A DNA stretch of 64,000 nt from Candidatus Marinacidobacterales bacterium (GCA_965237955.1 OZ250169.1:4992001-5056000); one strand, 5' to 3'. Shown: positions 22,744 to 33,915, counted from the stretch's first letter. The notes: generated by a model from the letters alone, not told the origin. Made by a program: numbers and translations.

Positions 22744-24056
22744 GCGCGGACGACTTCCTTGCGGTTGAGTTTCTCGAGTTCGGAGAAGCCCTGGCCCAGA
22801 TCCCAAATCAAGTCGTCGAGGTCTTCGATGCCGACGGAGAGGCGTATCGTTCCAGGTCGGACACCGGCGGCCGCGAGCTCGTCGTCATTCAGCTGTCGAT
22901 GGGTCGTGCTCGCCGGATGGATGATGAGGCTTTTGGAATCTCCGACGTTCGCGAGATGCGACCACAGCGTCACCCCGCGGATAAAATCCTGCCCGGCTTG
23001 CCGGCCCCCGCGGACGTCGAAGGAAAACACGGCGCCGGCGCCCTTGGGCAGGTACTTGTCGACGAGTGGCCGGTACCGGCTTCCTGGAACCCCTGGATAG
23101 GTGACGCGCTCGACCATCGGATGCGCCTCGAGGTGGTTCGCGACCGCGAGAGCATTGTCGACGTGACGCTCCATGCGGAGCGAGAGCGTTTCCAATCCTT
23201 GAAGGAACAGGAACGCGTTGAACGGGCTCATCGCCGCGCCGAGGTCGCGTAGCGTCTCCGCACGGAGCTTCATCAGGTAGCCATAAGTGCCGAAGGTCTC
23301 GTGGAACGAGAGCCCGTGATACGCCGGGGATGGATCGGCCACCACGGAGAAACGGCCGTTCGACCAGTTGAACTCCCCCGAATCCACGACGACGCCCCCG
23401 ATGCTCGTGCCGTGGCCGCCGATGAACTTCGTCGCGGAGTGGATGACGATGTCGGCACCCCACTCGATCGGGCGGCACAGATACGGCGTTGCGAACGTGG
23501 AGTCGATCATGAGCGGGATGTCGCGCTCGTGTGCCATCGATGCCAAGGCTTCGATGTCGAGCACGTTGCCGCCCGGGTTTCCGATGGTCTCGGCAAAAAA
23601 GAGCTTCGTGTTGTCTTGGATCGCGCTCTTCCACGCCTCGAGATCATCGGGATCGACCCAGGTCAGCTCGATCGACATTTTGCGGAAGTAGTGTTTGAGC
23701 TGGTTGACGGTGCCGCCGTAAAGAGCCGCCGAGGAGACGACGTGATCGCCGGGCTCGAGGAGCGTGAACAGCGCTCCCGCTTGAGCGGCGATCCCGCTCG
23801 CGAACGCGACCGCACCGCAGCCGCCTTCGAGATTCGCCACGCGCTCTTCGAACGCTGCCACGGTGGGATTCATGATGCGCGAGTAAGTGTTCCCGTATTC
23901 TTTGAGGTTGAAGTACGCCGCCGCCGACTCCGGATCTTCGAAGACGTAGCTCGTCGTCTGGAAGATGGGAACGGCGCGCGCTCCGGTGTTGGGGTCGGGC
24001 CTTTGACCCGCATGTACTTGTCGCGTCTCGAAGCCGAAGTCACGAGACTCTTCCAT
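22740..24056 (-). CDS. metY: O-acetylhomoserine sulfhydrylase
   Basis: PIFQTTSY, YSRIMNPT, HSATKFIGGHG, HLANVGD, IRLSVGIE. Confidence 0.92.
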   Translation of the reverse strand: MEESRDFGFETRQVHAGQRPDPNTGARAVPIFQTTSYVFEDPESAAAYFNLKEYGNTYSRIMNPTVAAFEERVANLEGGCGAVAFASGIAAQAGALFTLLEPGDHVVSSAALYGGTVNQLKHYFRKMSIELTWVDPDDLEAWKSAIQDNTKLFFAETIGNPGGNVLDIEALASMAHERDIPLMIDSTFATPYLCRPIEWGADIVIHSATKFIGGHGTSIGGVVVDSGEFNWSNGRFSVVADPSPAYHGLSFHETFGTYGYLMKLRAETLRDLGAAMSPFNAFLFLQGLETLSLRMERHVDNALAVANHLEAHPMVERVTYPGVPGSRYRPLVDKYLPKGAGAVFSFDVRGGRQAGQDFIRGVTLWSHLANVGDSKSLIIHPASTTHRQLNDDELAAAGVRPGTIRLSVGIEDLDDLIWDLGQGFSELEKLNRKEVVRA

Positions 24057-25269
24057 GGCTGCCCTCCATTAGAAACTTCCGAATCAACGGGATTTGACGC
24101 GCTTCCTCGAGCAGGAACGAATCGTGCCCGTACGGTGCCTCGATGATGTGGAGCTCGACCGACTTGCCGTTCGCTTCGAGCGCGTCCGCGAGCTCTTGCG
24201 AGTTCTCCGGCGGATATAGCCAATCGGAGCTGAAGCAGATCAGGAACGTGTTCGCTTCGACGTTTTGCAACGCGGTCTCGAGACTTCCGTCTCCGTGCTC
24301 CTGCGCGAGGTCGAAATAGGATAGCGCCCGGGACGTGTAGAGATAAGTGTTCGCGTCGAAGCGTTTGACGAACTTGTCCGCCTGGTGGCGAAGGTAGCTC
24401 TCGACCTCGTACTCGGGGATGGTCAGCTCGTAGTTGATGTCGTCGCCTCGCTGCAGCCGCCGGCCGAACTTGTCTTTCATGGACGGGGCAGACAGGTAGG
24501 TGATGTGGCCGACCATCCGCGCCACGCCCATCCCCGCGTGCGGTGCTCGTCCGGTCTCATAATAATGTCCACCCTGCCAGTCGGGATCGGAGGTGATGGC
24601 GTTGCGTGCGATCGCATTCCAGGCGATGCCCTGGGAGCTCAGCGCGTGGGTGCTCGCGATGGGGACGATGTTTTGGACCGCCTTCGGGTAAAGCACCGCC
24701 CACGTCAGGGCTTGCATCCCCCCGAGAGAGCCTCCGGACACGGCGTGGAGTGTTTCGATGCCGAGCTCGTCCAAGACCGCCCGCTGGGTGCGCACCATGT
24801 CGGCGACGGTGATGACGGGAAAATCGGTGCCGTAGGGCTTTCCCGTCGCGGGGTTCAACGACGACGGCCCTGTTGTCCCTCGACAGCCTCCGAGAAGATT
24901 GGTGCTGACGACGTAGTAATCGTCGGTATCGAACGCTTTCCCGGGACCGATCATGCCGTCCCACCATCCGAGGCCGGTCTTTTTCGCGATGTCGCGCTCG
25001 TCCGCGCCGAAGCCGTCCAAAGCACTTTCTTCCGGAGGCTTTGTGCTGTAACCGGCTGCGTGCGCGTCGGCACTGAGCGCATGGCACACGAGGATGACGT
25101 TGTCGCGAGCAGGGGAGAGCGTGCCGTATGTTTCGTAGGCGACACGGACCTGGGAGAGCTCCCGACCGCAATCGAGCGGCAGAGGTCGCGGCAGGTCGAG
25201 GTACTGCGTTTCAACGACGCCGACGGAGCCTTCTCGAGGCCCTTTATTTTCGGCCACCGGCTTCGTCAT
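24040..25269 (-). CDS. metX: Homoserine O-acetyltransferase
   Basis: CHALS, GWWD.MIGPG, GGSLGGMQ, RFDAN, GHDSFL. Confidence 0.92.
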   Translation of the reverse strand: MTKPVAENKGPREGSVGVVETQYLDLPRPLPLDCGRELSQVRVAYETYGTLSPARDNVILVCHALSADAHAAGYSTKPPEESALDGFGADERDIAKKTGLGWWDGMIGPGKAFDTDDYYVVSTNLLGGCRGTTGPSSLNPATGKPYGTDFPVITVADMVRTQRAVLDELGIETLHAVSGGSLGGMQALTWAVLYPKAVQNIVPIASTHALSSQGIAWNAIARNAITSDPDWQGGHYYETGRAPHAGMGVARMVGHITYLSAPSMKDKFGRRLQRGDDINYELTIPEYEVESYLRHQADKFVKRFDANTYLYTSRALSYFDLAQEHGDGSLETALQNVEANTFLICFSSDWLYPPENSQELADALEANGKSVELHIIEAPYGHDSFLLEEARQIPLIRKFLMEGSHGRVS

Positions 25270-25312
25270 GTGCGCATGATAGCGCCCCGCCTTCGCCAAG
25301 GCGAAGGCGAGA

Positions 25313-26845
25313 CTAGCGCGCGCGGGGCTCGAGGAGGATTTCGCCGAGGATCAGAGCTTCTGCAACATCGCGTCCGGTGAGGTGCGCGAACGGCTGACCT
25401 GTCGCCACCGGTTTGGCCGTGCGAGCCCGTGCCTTTGTCTTCCCGGTCGGGGCCGTCGGTTTCGGCGCGCGAGCGTGGACCGTGCTGAGAGACTCGTAGA
25501 GCGCGGCGTGGATTATCGTGTTGGCTTCCGGACTCGCGAGCGCGGCTTCGATCGCGCCGGCCACGATGGCGCGCACGGATCCCTGCGCGCGTTCACCCGC
25601 GAGAAGCGACTCTTTCGCGCTCGTCGCCTGGCGCGCATGGCTTTCCCAGCCGGCGAGCCCAGGCACCTGAGCGAGACGCACCTTGCCGAACGCATCGAGC
25701 GGGAGTTGGAACAGCTCGTCCGTCAGCTGCGTGGCCGCAGCGAGCACCGGCGCCACGGGGAGGCTCGTCATCGAGCCCCAAAACCCAAAGGTGTCGGGTG
25801 AGCCATGCCGCTCGTCCCACTCGCGCCAGATCTCCGTCGCCTCTGCCGCGTAGCCCATGCGGGTCACCCAGCGCGCGGTGACATGAACGCGCACGTGCAC
25901 TGGCGGCTCCGTGTGCACCGTCCCGTCTTGGTTGAGCACGATCGACGTCACCTGCGCCGGCCCTGCCGGCTGCGCATAGAGCTGCGCTATCGAAAGAAGG
26001 TACGACGGGCCGAAAAAGAGTGCGCCCATCGCGTCGGATACGATGCGCTCGATCCACGAAGCGAACAACACCCGCGTGAGCGCGGCGGGATCGTTTTCCA
26101 CCTGTGCCTCGGCGGCCCCGAGCTCCAAACCCTGATAGATGTCCTGATAGAGCGTCGGCGCCGACGCGCCCAGGTAGCGCGCCATCTCAGGGGCCATCAG
26201 AGACCAGTGCGAAGGGTCTTGAAGAACCGTGCGGGGAACGAAGAGCGTCGCATCGGCGAGCGCGGATTCACGCAGTCGATCCTGGGCGGCAACGTCCCAC
26301 ACGATGGCAACCGGCGGCGGTAACGGGTTTCCGACGTTTCTCGGTTGATCGAGCTCCGCGGCCACTTGATCAGCGATGACGCGCGGCCCCTGAAGCTCGC
26401 GGCGCTGTCGGATGCCTGAATGAACCCGCGCTGTCTGCAAGAGCCCACGATAGTGCGACAACAGCCACTGGGTCTCTTGGCTCACACGCGCAAACTCGGG
26501 CGAGGATTCGTTACGGAGCTCGCTCTTGAGTGCCTGTGCTTTGTCGCGATAATCGTGGTCAACGAGAAAGGACACTTGAGCGCGCACCTTCTCGTCGATC
26601 TCGAGAAGGGTCGCTTCGATCTCCTGCTCGAGGTCGCTCAAGCTCAACAGCCAGCCTTCGCCCCGTTGTTGTTGTTCCTGAGAGGGTGGTGCCGGTCGGG
26701 GAGCGACTGGCTTCGGCGGTGGGGTGGCCGTTTGCTGTTGCGCCGCTTGCTGTTGTCGTTCCTTGTTCTTCTTGACTACTTTAGCGATCTGCGAGAACAG
26801 CCACAGCGCGAAAAAGACGAGGGGGACGAAATCAGAACCCTCCAC
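25313..26845 (-). CDS. Membrane-anchored protein with YqfB-like ends and a degenerate zinc-peptidase-like middle domain
   Basis: N-terminal TM; C-terminal EALILGEILLEPRAR; W.E..SD..G...GP.Y; PP..VR. Confidence 0.55.
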   Translation of the reverse strand: MEGSDFVPLVFFALWLFSQIAKVVKKNKERQQQAAQQQTATPPPKPVAPRPAPPSQEQQQRGEGWLLSLSDLEQEIEATLLEIDEKVRAQVSFLVDHDYRDKAQALKSELRNESSPEFARVSQETQWLLSHYRGLLQTARVHSGIRQRRELQGPRVIADQVAAELDQPRNVGNPLPPPVAIVWDVAAQDRLRESALADATLFVPRTVLQDPSHWSLMAPEMARYLGASAPTLYQDIYQGLELGAAEAQVENDPAALTRVLFASWIERIVSDAMGALFFGPSYLLSIAQLYAQPAGPAQVTSIVLNQDGTVHTEPPVHVRVHVTARWVTRMGYAAEATEIWREWDERHGSPDTFGFWGSMTSLPVAPVLAAATQLTDELFQLPLDAFGKVRLAQVPGLAGWESHARQATSAKESLLAGERAQGSVRAIVAGAIEAALASPEANTIIHAALYESLSTVHARAPKPTAPTGKTKARARTAKPVATGQPFAHLTGRDVAEALILGEILLEPRAR

Positions 26846-27020
26846 GGCGATCTACTTCCCGCGCGGGCGCCTGGTTGCGCGTGCCGAGTTCGACTGCCGT
26901 GGCTTACTCTCCCCCCTGCGGAGGGAGCGGGGCGGCGCCAGTGCGATCGCGAGAATCAATTTCTTCCGGAGCTCGACCGGATCCTCGAGCGCCTTCTCGA
27001 GCAGTCGCGTCTCTTCTGAT

Positions 27021-27998
27021 TTATTCACTGGGCTTGTCGTCGGATTTATCGGTCGAGCGCGAGATCGAATCGCGCATGCTGGTGTCCGCGACAACGTTCT
27101 TCATGTTGTAGTAGTCCATGATGCCAAGGTTGCCGTCGCGGAAGGCCTGGGCCATGGCCAGGGGCACTTCGGCTTCCGCTTCGACGACTTTCGCGCGCAT
27201 CTCGCCGACCCGCGCTATCATTTCCTGCTCTTGAGCCACGGCCATGGCACGGCGGCTTTCGGCTTTCGCCTGCGCGATCTGCTTGTCGGCCTCGGCCTGC
27301 TCGGTCTGGAGCTTCGCACCGATGTTCGAGCCCACGTCCACGTCGGCGATGTCGATGGAAAGAATCTCGAACGCCGTGCCCGCATCCAGGCCTTTGGCCA
27401 GCACGGTTTTCGAAATGGCGTCCGGGTTCTCGAGGACGGCTTTGTGCGACTCGGACGAGCCGATCGTGGAGACGATGCCTTCTCCTACGCGCGCGACGAT
27501 GGTCTCTTCGCCGGCGCCACCCACGAGCCTATCGATGTCGGCGCGCACGGTGACGCGGCTGAGCGCGATGAGCTGGATGCCGTCTTTGGCCACGGCGGCG
27601 ACTTTCGGCGTGGTGATGATCTTGGGGTTGACGCTCATTTGTACGGCTTCGAGCACATTCCGGCCGGCGAGGTCGATGGCGGTCGCTTGCGCGAACGAGA
27701 GCTTGATGTTCGCCTTGTCCGCGGAGATGAGCGCATTCACGACGCGATCGACGTGACCGCCCGCGAGGTAGTGCGCTTCGAGCTCGTCGACGCTCACGCT
27801 CAAGCCGGCTTTGACCGCGCTGATGCGCGGATTCACGATCGCCGAGGGCGGCACTCGACGCAGTCGCATCGCGATGAGCGTGCCGATCCCGACATACGCG
27901 CCGGATGAAAACGCGGCGATCCAGAGTGCGACCGGCACGAAGTAGAGGATGAAAATGATTCCGACGAGAATGAGTAGAGCAGTGGCAGCTAGACCCAT
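27021..27998 (-). CDS. floA: Flotillin-like protein FloA (YqfA)
   Basis: [48 protein letters not shown]. Confidence 0.92.
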   Translation of the reverse strand: MGLAATALLILVGIIFILYFVPVALWIAAFSSGAYVGIGTLIAMRLRRVPPSAIVNPRISAVKAGLSVSVDELEAHYLAGGHVDRVVNALISADKANIKLSFAQATAIDLAGRNVLEAVQMSVNPKIITTPKVAAVAKDGIQLIALSRVTVRADIDRLVGGAGEETIVARVGEGIVSTIGSSESHKAVLENPDAISKTVLAKGLDAGTAFEILSIDIADVDVGSNIGAKLQTEQAEADKQIAQAKAESRRAMAVAQEQEMIARVGEMRAKVVEAEAEVPLAMAQAFRDGNLGIMDYYNMKNVVADTSMRDSISRSTDKSDDKPSE

Positions 27999-28013
27999 GG
28001 GTTAAAACCTCCT

Positions 28014-28499
28014 TTAAGTGGGCTCTTTGTCTTCCGGTGCGAGCTCGACGACGATGCGGGAGCCTTGAACTTGGGTGATGACGATTTTCGAGTCGGTGGC
28101 GATGAACTCGCCTTCGGTGACGACGCTTTGGCGGAGCTCGCCGAAGCGGGCGAATCCAGCGGGACGGAGGTCGGATTCGGTCACGCCTACCTGGCCGGTC
28201 GCGAGCTCGGTCTCGGCGGCGCGCGCGTCCGCGAGAGTCGACGAGTGCACCACGTCACGACCGAACCGGCTCTTGGGAATCCACAGTAAAACCGCGGTAG
28301 CGGACGCCATGACCAGGACGATGGTCAGGGCACCGTAGGCTGGCCCAAAGTGTTCGTACGCCAGGTAGCAACCGGCTCCGAGACAGATGAAGCCTCCGAT
28401 GCCGGCGACGCCGAAGCCGGGGATCACGAAGATCTCGGCCGCCATCAAGAGATAGCCGGTGACGAGCAAGGCGACGACGGTGATGGCCGGATCGGTCAC
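28014..28499 (-). CDS. Short NfeD family protein
   Basis: E.FVIPGFGVAG; DLRPAG; VTEGEFI. Confidence 0.85.
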   Translation of the reverse strand: MTDPAITVVALLVTGYLLMAAEIFVIPGFGVAGIGGFICLGAGCYLAYEHFGPAYGALTIVLVMASATAVLLWIPKSRFGRDVVHSSTLADARAAETELATGQVGVTESDLRPAGFARFGELRQSVVTEGEFIATDSKIVITQVQGSRIVVELAPEDKEPT

Positions 28500-28502
28500 G
28501 TG

Positions 28503-29922
28503 CTAGTCGTCCTCGCGCACGACGGCGTTACCCGATCGCCACGCGATGATCTTGACGGTGGCGCCGGCGGCGATGAACTCGCCTTCGGAGACAGCGTCGA
28601 TCCGGTCGGTGTCGATGCGAATCTTGCCGGCAGGTCTGAGATCGGTGATGGCTTCGCCCATGGTTCCGAGCGGAAATTTATCTTTCTCGGTCTCGTCGTG
28701 CGAAGTGAAGCCCTTGTCGGTCGAGAGCGACTTGCCGAGAACGAAGCGCCGGGTGACGCCGGTCGCGGGCAGCAGGCGCAGCATCAATACTCCACCGACC
28801 GCGGTCACGATGACCGACGTCGATACCATCATCAACGCGCGGTTGATGAAACCGAGATCCCAGGAAACACGGAGTTCGAGCCCGACGAGGAGACAAAACG
28901 ACACCGACCAGCATCAAAGCGACGCCGGCAACGCCAAAGACACCGAATCCCGGAATGACGAACACCTCCACCGCGAGGAGCGCGGCGCCGATCGCGAAGA
29001 GCAAGAGCCCTTCCCAGCCCGCGAGCTGCGCCACATGATGACCGAAGAAGAACGTTCCCAGCGCGACCGCGCCCAGAGTTCCCGGAAGACCCCAGCCGGG
29101 CTGATAAAGCTCGATCATGATCCCGAGAAACCCGATGCTCATCAGCAGCGAGCTGACCATCGGCTCCGAGACTGCGCGGGCGATGACTTCGGCCCAATTC
29201 ATCTCGCGCTCTCTGACTTCGGCACCCGATAGGTTCAACACCTCGAGTACTTCTTGGAGCGTCGCTGCTTGGTAGTCCGCGATCTCGAGCTCGAGCGCTT
29301 CGTCAGTGCTGAGCGTGAGCACTTTGCCTTTTTCGACGACGCCTTCGATCTCGACGTCGCGATCCACCATCGCTTCCGCTACATCGCCACGCCGGCCGCG
29401 GGTCTCAGCCGTGGTGCGCATCTCGGTGCGCACGTACGACATGTACTTTTCGCCGACGGCGGTGGGCTCTTCGTCGCCGCCCCCGCCAGTAATGGGAGTC
29501 GCGGCGCCGATGGAGCCGCCCGGCGCGATGACGACGTCTTCACACGCGAGCGAGATCAGGGCACCGGCGGAAATCGCGCGGGGGTGGATGAAGGCCACGG
29601 TTCGGATCGGCGCTTCGATGACCGCATCACGGATGAGCACCGCGGCGTCGACGCGTCCGCCGAAAGTATCGATGTCGAGGATAACGACCCCTTCCACCCG
29701 AGACGCCTCTTCGACGACGCGCGCGACGAACGGCGCCATCCCGAGATCGACCGTGCCTTCGATAGGCACGCGGAAAACCGTTAACGGTTGGGTCAACGGC
29801 CGGGTCGACGGTGTGTCCGGCTTTTCAGCTTCTTGGAGTCCGAGAACGTGTCCACCGACGCCGAGACAGAGCATCAGTTGCCAGAGGGATCTCGTCACGG
29901 TTGGCGTCGACTTCGTCGTCAT
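28503..29922 (-). CDS. Long NfeD (YqeZ-like) with ClpP-like domain, frameshift near 28895
   Basis: IDTFGGRVDAA, AISAGALI, AEAMVD, then TM segments and an OB-fold DLRPAG. Confidence 0.85.
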
Positions 29923-30078
29923 ATTTGCCCTAGGTCTCGTGCCAGATGGGCGTGGGAGTTGTCGTTTGTGCCGATTGGTAGATGCTCAGAAATCTACTTC
30001 ACATTGTATAACAAAAGCGCTTGCGATCCAGGAAGTTACCGTGGTCTACTTCCCAACAACAAAGGTGACAACTCAGCC

Positions 30079-30555
30079 ATGAAGCTCGAACGAGGGCCGG
30101 TCCCTATCGATTTCGCGCGGGAGCTCGTCGAAGAGGCGCTCGTGGTGGCTTCGAGACGCGCGGATGCCGAGCTTCAGGCGGCGTTCCTGGAGGAAAGGGA
30201 AGCCGTCCACAGTATCGAGACTATCGACATTCTAGAAAAACACCTCGATGCTCTCGACAGCCGATGGATGGATAGACTGCGCGTGGCCGAGGCGCTCGAG
30301 AGGGTTCTCGCCCGCCACCCGGGCCTCGAAGACGTCGTATCGCGGTGTTTTCTGAAACTCGCCCGGGGCAAAGAAGACGAAAAGGCCTTTCTGTACACGG
30401 ATGACGCCTCCCTGTCGGGCACCGACGCTGCGAAACCGGCCCTCGTCATCCAACTCACCGGGGACACGCTACTGGCCCTGGACAAATTAGAACCCCTGCT
30501 GATGACCACGCTCGCACGAGCAAGACGTCCTTCTTCAGTTATTCCACATCACTGA
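30079..30555 (+). CDS. Hypothetical protein, possibly truncated
   Basis: Plausible ORF MKLERGPVPIDF..; no motif recognised. Confidence 0.5.
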   Translation: MKLERGPVPIDFARELVEEALVVASRRADAELQAAFLEEREAVHSIETIDILEKHLDALDSRWMDRLRVAEALERVLARHPGLEDVVSRCFLKLARGKEDEKAFLYTDDASLSGTDAAKPALVIQLTGDTLLALDKLEPLLMTTLARARRPSSVIPHH

Positions 30556-31093
30556 GCAGCGGCCGCAAATTCTGCGGCACCGGAATCCGGAACGCGTTCA
30601 GCGACAACGCGACCAGGCTGTAGTAGCCGATGAGAATGGTCAGCTCGGTAACACCACGGGGACCCAGGTGCTCGGCCGCGGCCGAGAATACGTCGTCTTC
30701 GACGAAGTGGTCGCGCAGCAGCTCGAACGTGTACTTGTAAACGGACTCCTCGTCGCGCTGTTCGAACTCCGGCGTGCGGCGGCGCTTGATGTCTTCGATG
30801 ACCGCGCGTAGAATTCCGGCTTCACGTCCGGCGGGTTCGTGGATGGACCACTCGATCTGCGCGTCCCAGAAGCGGGCGGTGACGAGGATCGCGAGCTCAC
30901 GGATTCGGGGCGGTAGGGTGGTACGGAAACGCGCGTGCTCACCCAGCTGCTGTGCGCGCTGAGCCAGCTCGGGACTGTGAAGCCACACCCGGAACGGGCC
31001 ATGGAGGCTCCCGCGAGAGGCCAAAATCGCGTCGTAGACCTTCGTCTGCTCTGGTGAGAGCTGATATCTCTCGAGCTCGGGAATCCGACTCAC
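30539..31093 (-). CDS. Carboxymuconolactone decarboxylase family protein
   Basis: GPF..WLHSP, RELAIL..A, EW..H, IGYY. Confidence 0.85.
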   Translation of the reverse strand: MSRIPELERYQLSPEQTKVYDAILASRGSLHGPFRVWLHSPELAQRAQQLGEHARFRTTLPPRIRELAILVTARFWDAQIEWSIHEPAGREAGILRAVIEDIKRRRTPEFEQRDEESVYKYTFELLRDHFVEDDVFSAAAEHLGPRGVTELTILIGYYSLVALSLNAFRIPVPQNLRPLLSDVE

Positions 31094-31261
31094 ACGAACA
31101 CCTCCTCCTATTTTGGGGGGATCATCCTCAATATTAATAGAATCGGGTCGACAATGGGTCTCGATTTGACGCCTCACCGAAGAGGAGACCGACGCTCTGA
31201 TCGCGATGATGGAAGCGTTGGAAGGCGAAGGGTATATGGATTCACCGCCGACGTCGTTTCC

Positions 31262-31768
31262 TCAGTAGTCGAGGGCGTAGTCGAGCATGACGTCGTCGTC
31301 GAACAGGTAGCGGCCGTAGAAGCGCACGCCGTCGAGGACGTGTGGAATCCATAGCTTGTCGTCTTCCCACATCTCCTCGTAGGGAATCGCGTCGACGGGG
31401 GACCAGATGGGCGACGCCTCGTCGGTCTCGGTCGGCTCGCCCTCGTAATCGCCGGCTTTGAACACGTGTACGTGGATGGAGTAGCCGTCCACGAACTGGA
31501 ACAAGTTCTCGCCCGCGTAGGAGAGATTCAGGGGTGTGATGCAAAGCTCCTCTTGCGCCTCCCGAATCGCAGCTTCGAGCGGCGCTTCGCCCGGCTCCAG
31601 CCGGCCTCCGGGAGCATTGATCTTCCCGGCGCCGAGCCCGCGCTTCTTGCGAATCAGAAGCATGTGGCCGTCTTTCACCACGAAGACGAGAGTCGCGGGG
31701 TCCTTGGCTTCCCAGGTGTCCCAATCTATATCGGCAAGCTTCTTGGCATTCTTCATGGGGAGCGCCAT
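31262..31768 (-). CDS. Nudix hydrolase (MTH1-like 8-oxo-dGTPase)
   Basis: KKRGLGAGK.N.PGG..EPGE....AIRE..EE; MW.DD. Confidence 0.9.
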   Translation of the reverse strand: MALPMKNAKKLADIDWDTWEAKDPATLVFVVKDGHMLLIRKKRGLGAGKINAPGGRLEPGEAPLEAAIREAQEELCITPLNLSYAGENLFQFVDGYSIHVHVFKAGDYEGEPTETDEASPIWSPVDAIPYEEMWEDDKLWIPHVLDGVRFYGRYLFDDDVMLDYALDY

Positions 31769-31785
31769 TGTGTCACAATCAATTT

Positions 31786-32244
31786 ATGGGCAAGAAGGGA
31801 TGGGCGATCGTCGGCGGGGCGGCGGCGATCGTGGTCTCTTACTTTGCGTGGACGATGTTCTTGTCGCTGGAGGCGCGGGTCGAGCGAACGATCAAAGGGG
31901 CCGCCGTTGCTGCCGAAGAAGTCGATGCCGCGACGTTTCTGTCGTTTTTCGATGCGAGCTACTCGGATTATGTGCACGCCGATCGGGCGACGTTCGCCGA
32001 GCGCATCGAGAGTGCTTTCGAGCGGTTCGACCGGCTGAACGTTACCATTCAGGCGATGGACGTGAGCGTCGACGACGACGGGGCGGCGGCTCGGTTCGAG
32101 CTGGTGGTGGTTGCCTTCCGCGGTGAGGATCGCATGGTCGTGGTCGGGACTCCGTTTCAGCCCGAGCTCGTTCGCGCCACACTTACGCGTGACGGCTCGG
32201 CGTGGAAGATCGTGCGCGTCGATCGAGGTATCGCCGAGCAGTAA
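31786..32244 (+). CDS. Membrane-anchored NTF2-like hypothetical protein
   Basis: N-terminal TM; C-terminal WKIV. Confidence 0.5.
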   Translation: MGKKGWAIVGGAAAIVVSYFAWTMFLSLEARVERTIKGAAVAAEEVDAATFLSFFDASYSDYVHADRATFAERIESAFERFDRLNVTIQAMDVSVDDDGAAARFELVVVAFRGEDRMVVVGTPFQPELVRATLTRDGSAWKIVRVDRGIAEQ

Positions 32245-32249
32245 CCCGC

Positions 32250-32657
32250 ATGCATGTCGTGCTCTTCGATGGCGTCTGCGCTCTGTGCGATGCTTCCGTG
32301 CGATGGCTCATCGCTGCCGACAAGAAGCTCGTGCTCCACTACGCGCCGCTTCAAGGCGAAACCGGAAAGGCCGTCCTATCGCGTCACCCGGACGCCGATC
32401 AAAGCTTGTCGACCATCTTATACGTACGGGGTATGGGTGGCGACAGCGAACGGCTCTACGAACGCTCCGACGCCGCGTTCGAGATACTGTACGACCTCGG
32501 GGGAATGTGGCGGGTGCTGTCGTGGTTTCACTTTGTTCCGCGGGCGCTTCGAGATGCCGTGTACGAGCTCATCGCCAAGCACCGATACCGGTGGTTCGGC
32601 AAATTCGACGCATGCCGCCTTCCTGAATCGGAAGACGCCGGGCGTTTTCTGCCTTGA
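32250..32657 (+). CDS. DCC1-like thiol-disulfide oxidoreductase (DUF393)
   Basis: FDGVCALC; RD..Y..IA..RY.WFG. Confidence 0.9.
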   Translation: MHVVLFDGVCALCDASVRWLIAADKKLVLHYAPLQGETGKAVLSRHPDADQSLSTILYVRGMGGDSERLYERSDAAFEILYDLGGMWRVLSWFHFVPRALRDAVYELIAKHRYRWFGKFDACRLPESEDAGRFLP

Positions 32658-32667
32658 GCTGTCTAAT

Positions 32668-33915
32668 CTAGCCGAAGATCTTCTTGAAGAGCTTCGTCAT
32701 CCGGGTCGGTTGATGACCTTTCTCGAGATAGCGCGTGGCGTCTTCGTTTCCGGGGTCGATTTTCAGCGCGCGCTCGAGCTCGGTAATCGCGCGCGCGTGC
32801 TTCTTGGTTCGCTGATAGTAGCGACCGAGGGCCACGTGGGCGTGTGCGTCGTTCGGAGCGAGGGTCACCGCCTGGAGAAAATGCTCTTCGGCCGTCTTCT
32901 CGAGGGTCGGGTGGAATTGCATCGCCTGCCCCAGCATCAACTGATAGCTCGCGTTCGCCGGCGCGAGCGCGACGAGCTCGTGCAAGAGAGGGATCGCTCC
33001 GTCCCATTCTTTGACGTGGAGGTGCAGCTTGGCGTCGCGCTCGAGTTGTTCGATGCGGTTCATGCGAGCGATGCCGTCGGCGGCGTCTTCCTCCTCCTCT
33101 TCCTCGGGAAGAGATTCGGGAACGAGAACGAGATCGGCCTCGACTGGTTCGGGGGCACGTTCCTGCTTCACGTCCTCTCCCGCATCAGCGATTTCGAGGA
33201 GGCCGAGCGTGAGAAGCGCGTAGCAAGCTCGAAGCGCGGCGCTTCTCTCGAGCGACGCGTCGCGAACGATCGAGCCGATCGTCACACCGCCCCCGGCCTT
33301 CTCCAAAACGTTTCGCTCTAGCCGTGCGAGCTTGCTGAGATCGAAGTTGTAAGCAGGTCGCTCGGCCATGCGGACGACGGTATCGGCCGGCGGTAGGGCC
33401 GAGAGGATGAGGCGACCGTCATCGACGCGCCTGAGCCCTTTCAGTAGAAGGGGTGGTACCGACAACGAGAACGGCAGGCGTGTGTCATTGGTCCCGGCGG
33501 TCTCGGCCTCTTCGAAGCTGTAGAGCCCTTCGGAGGTGCGGAACAGTGACAGCACGATTCTCTGCACCTGGACGCCGAGCTCGCGATGGAGTTGCTTCCG
33601 ATTGAGCCGACCCATCTTGAGGAGGGCCTCGCCGAAGCGGCAGCTGTCGTTCGTCATCCTCTCGCTCGCGAGACGATAGTCGCCCTTCGAGATGCATTCG
33701 TGCGCGAGCATGCTCTCGCCGAGGCGATCTTGTCGCATGTTGCTCTTGGCGAAGCGCACCGCGCCGTCGTCGACGCGTATCGTTTTGATCCAGTTCCCGC
33801 TGACGATCTGAAGCTCGCCCGAGCGGCCTTCGTCAGCGACTCGCTTGAGAACGTTGGTAAACGCAACGGGCGAAAACGCCCCCATCCAGCTCGACTCCGT
33901 GGCCACACTTGTCAT
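32668..33915 (-). CDS. DUF4388 + TPR protein
   Basis: SGELQIVSG..IKTI..DDG.V.FA.SN...DRLG; EGLYSF; C-terminal TPRs. Confidence 0.7.
   Translation of the reverse strand: MTSVATESSWMGAFSPVAFTNVLKRVADEGRSGELQIVSGNWIKTIRVDDGAVRFAKSNMRQDRLGESMLAHECISKGDYRLASERMTNDSCRFGEALLKMGRLNRKQLHRELGVQVQRIVLSLFRTSEGLYSFEEAETAGTNDTRLPFSLSVPPLLLKGLRRVDDGRLILSALPPADTVVRMAERPAYNFDLSKLARLERNVLEKAGGGVTIGSIVRDASLERSAALRACYALLTLGLLEIADAGEDVKQERAPEPVEADLVLVPESLPEEEEEEDAADGIARMNRIEQLERDAKLHLHVKEWDGAIPLLHELVALAPANASYQLMLGQAMQFHPTLEKTAEEHFLQAVTLAPNDAHAHVALGRYYQRTKKHARAITELERALKIDPGNEDATRYLEKGHQPTRMTKLFKKIFG

Noticed and set aside
25270-25312. SAM riboswitch upstream of metX-metY
   Set aside because: The gap is only about 40 nt and no SAM-I/II consensus is recognisable.
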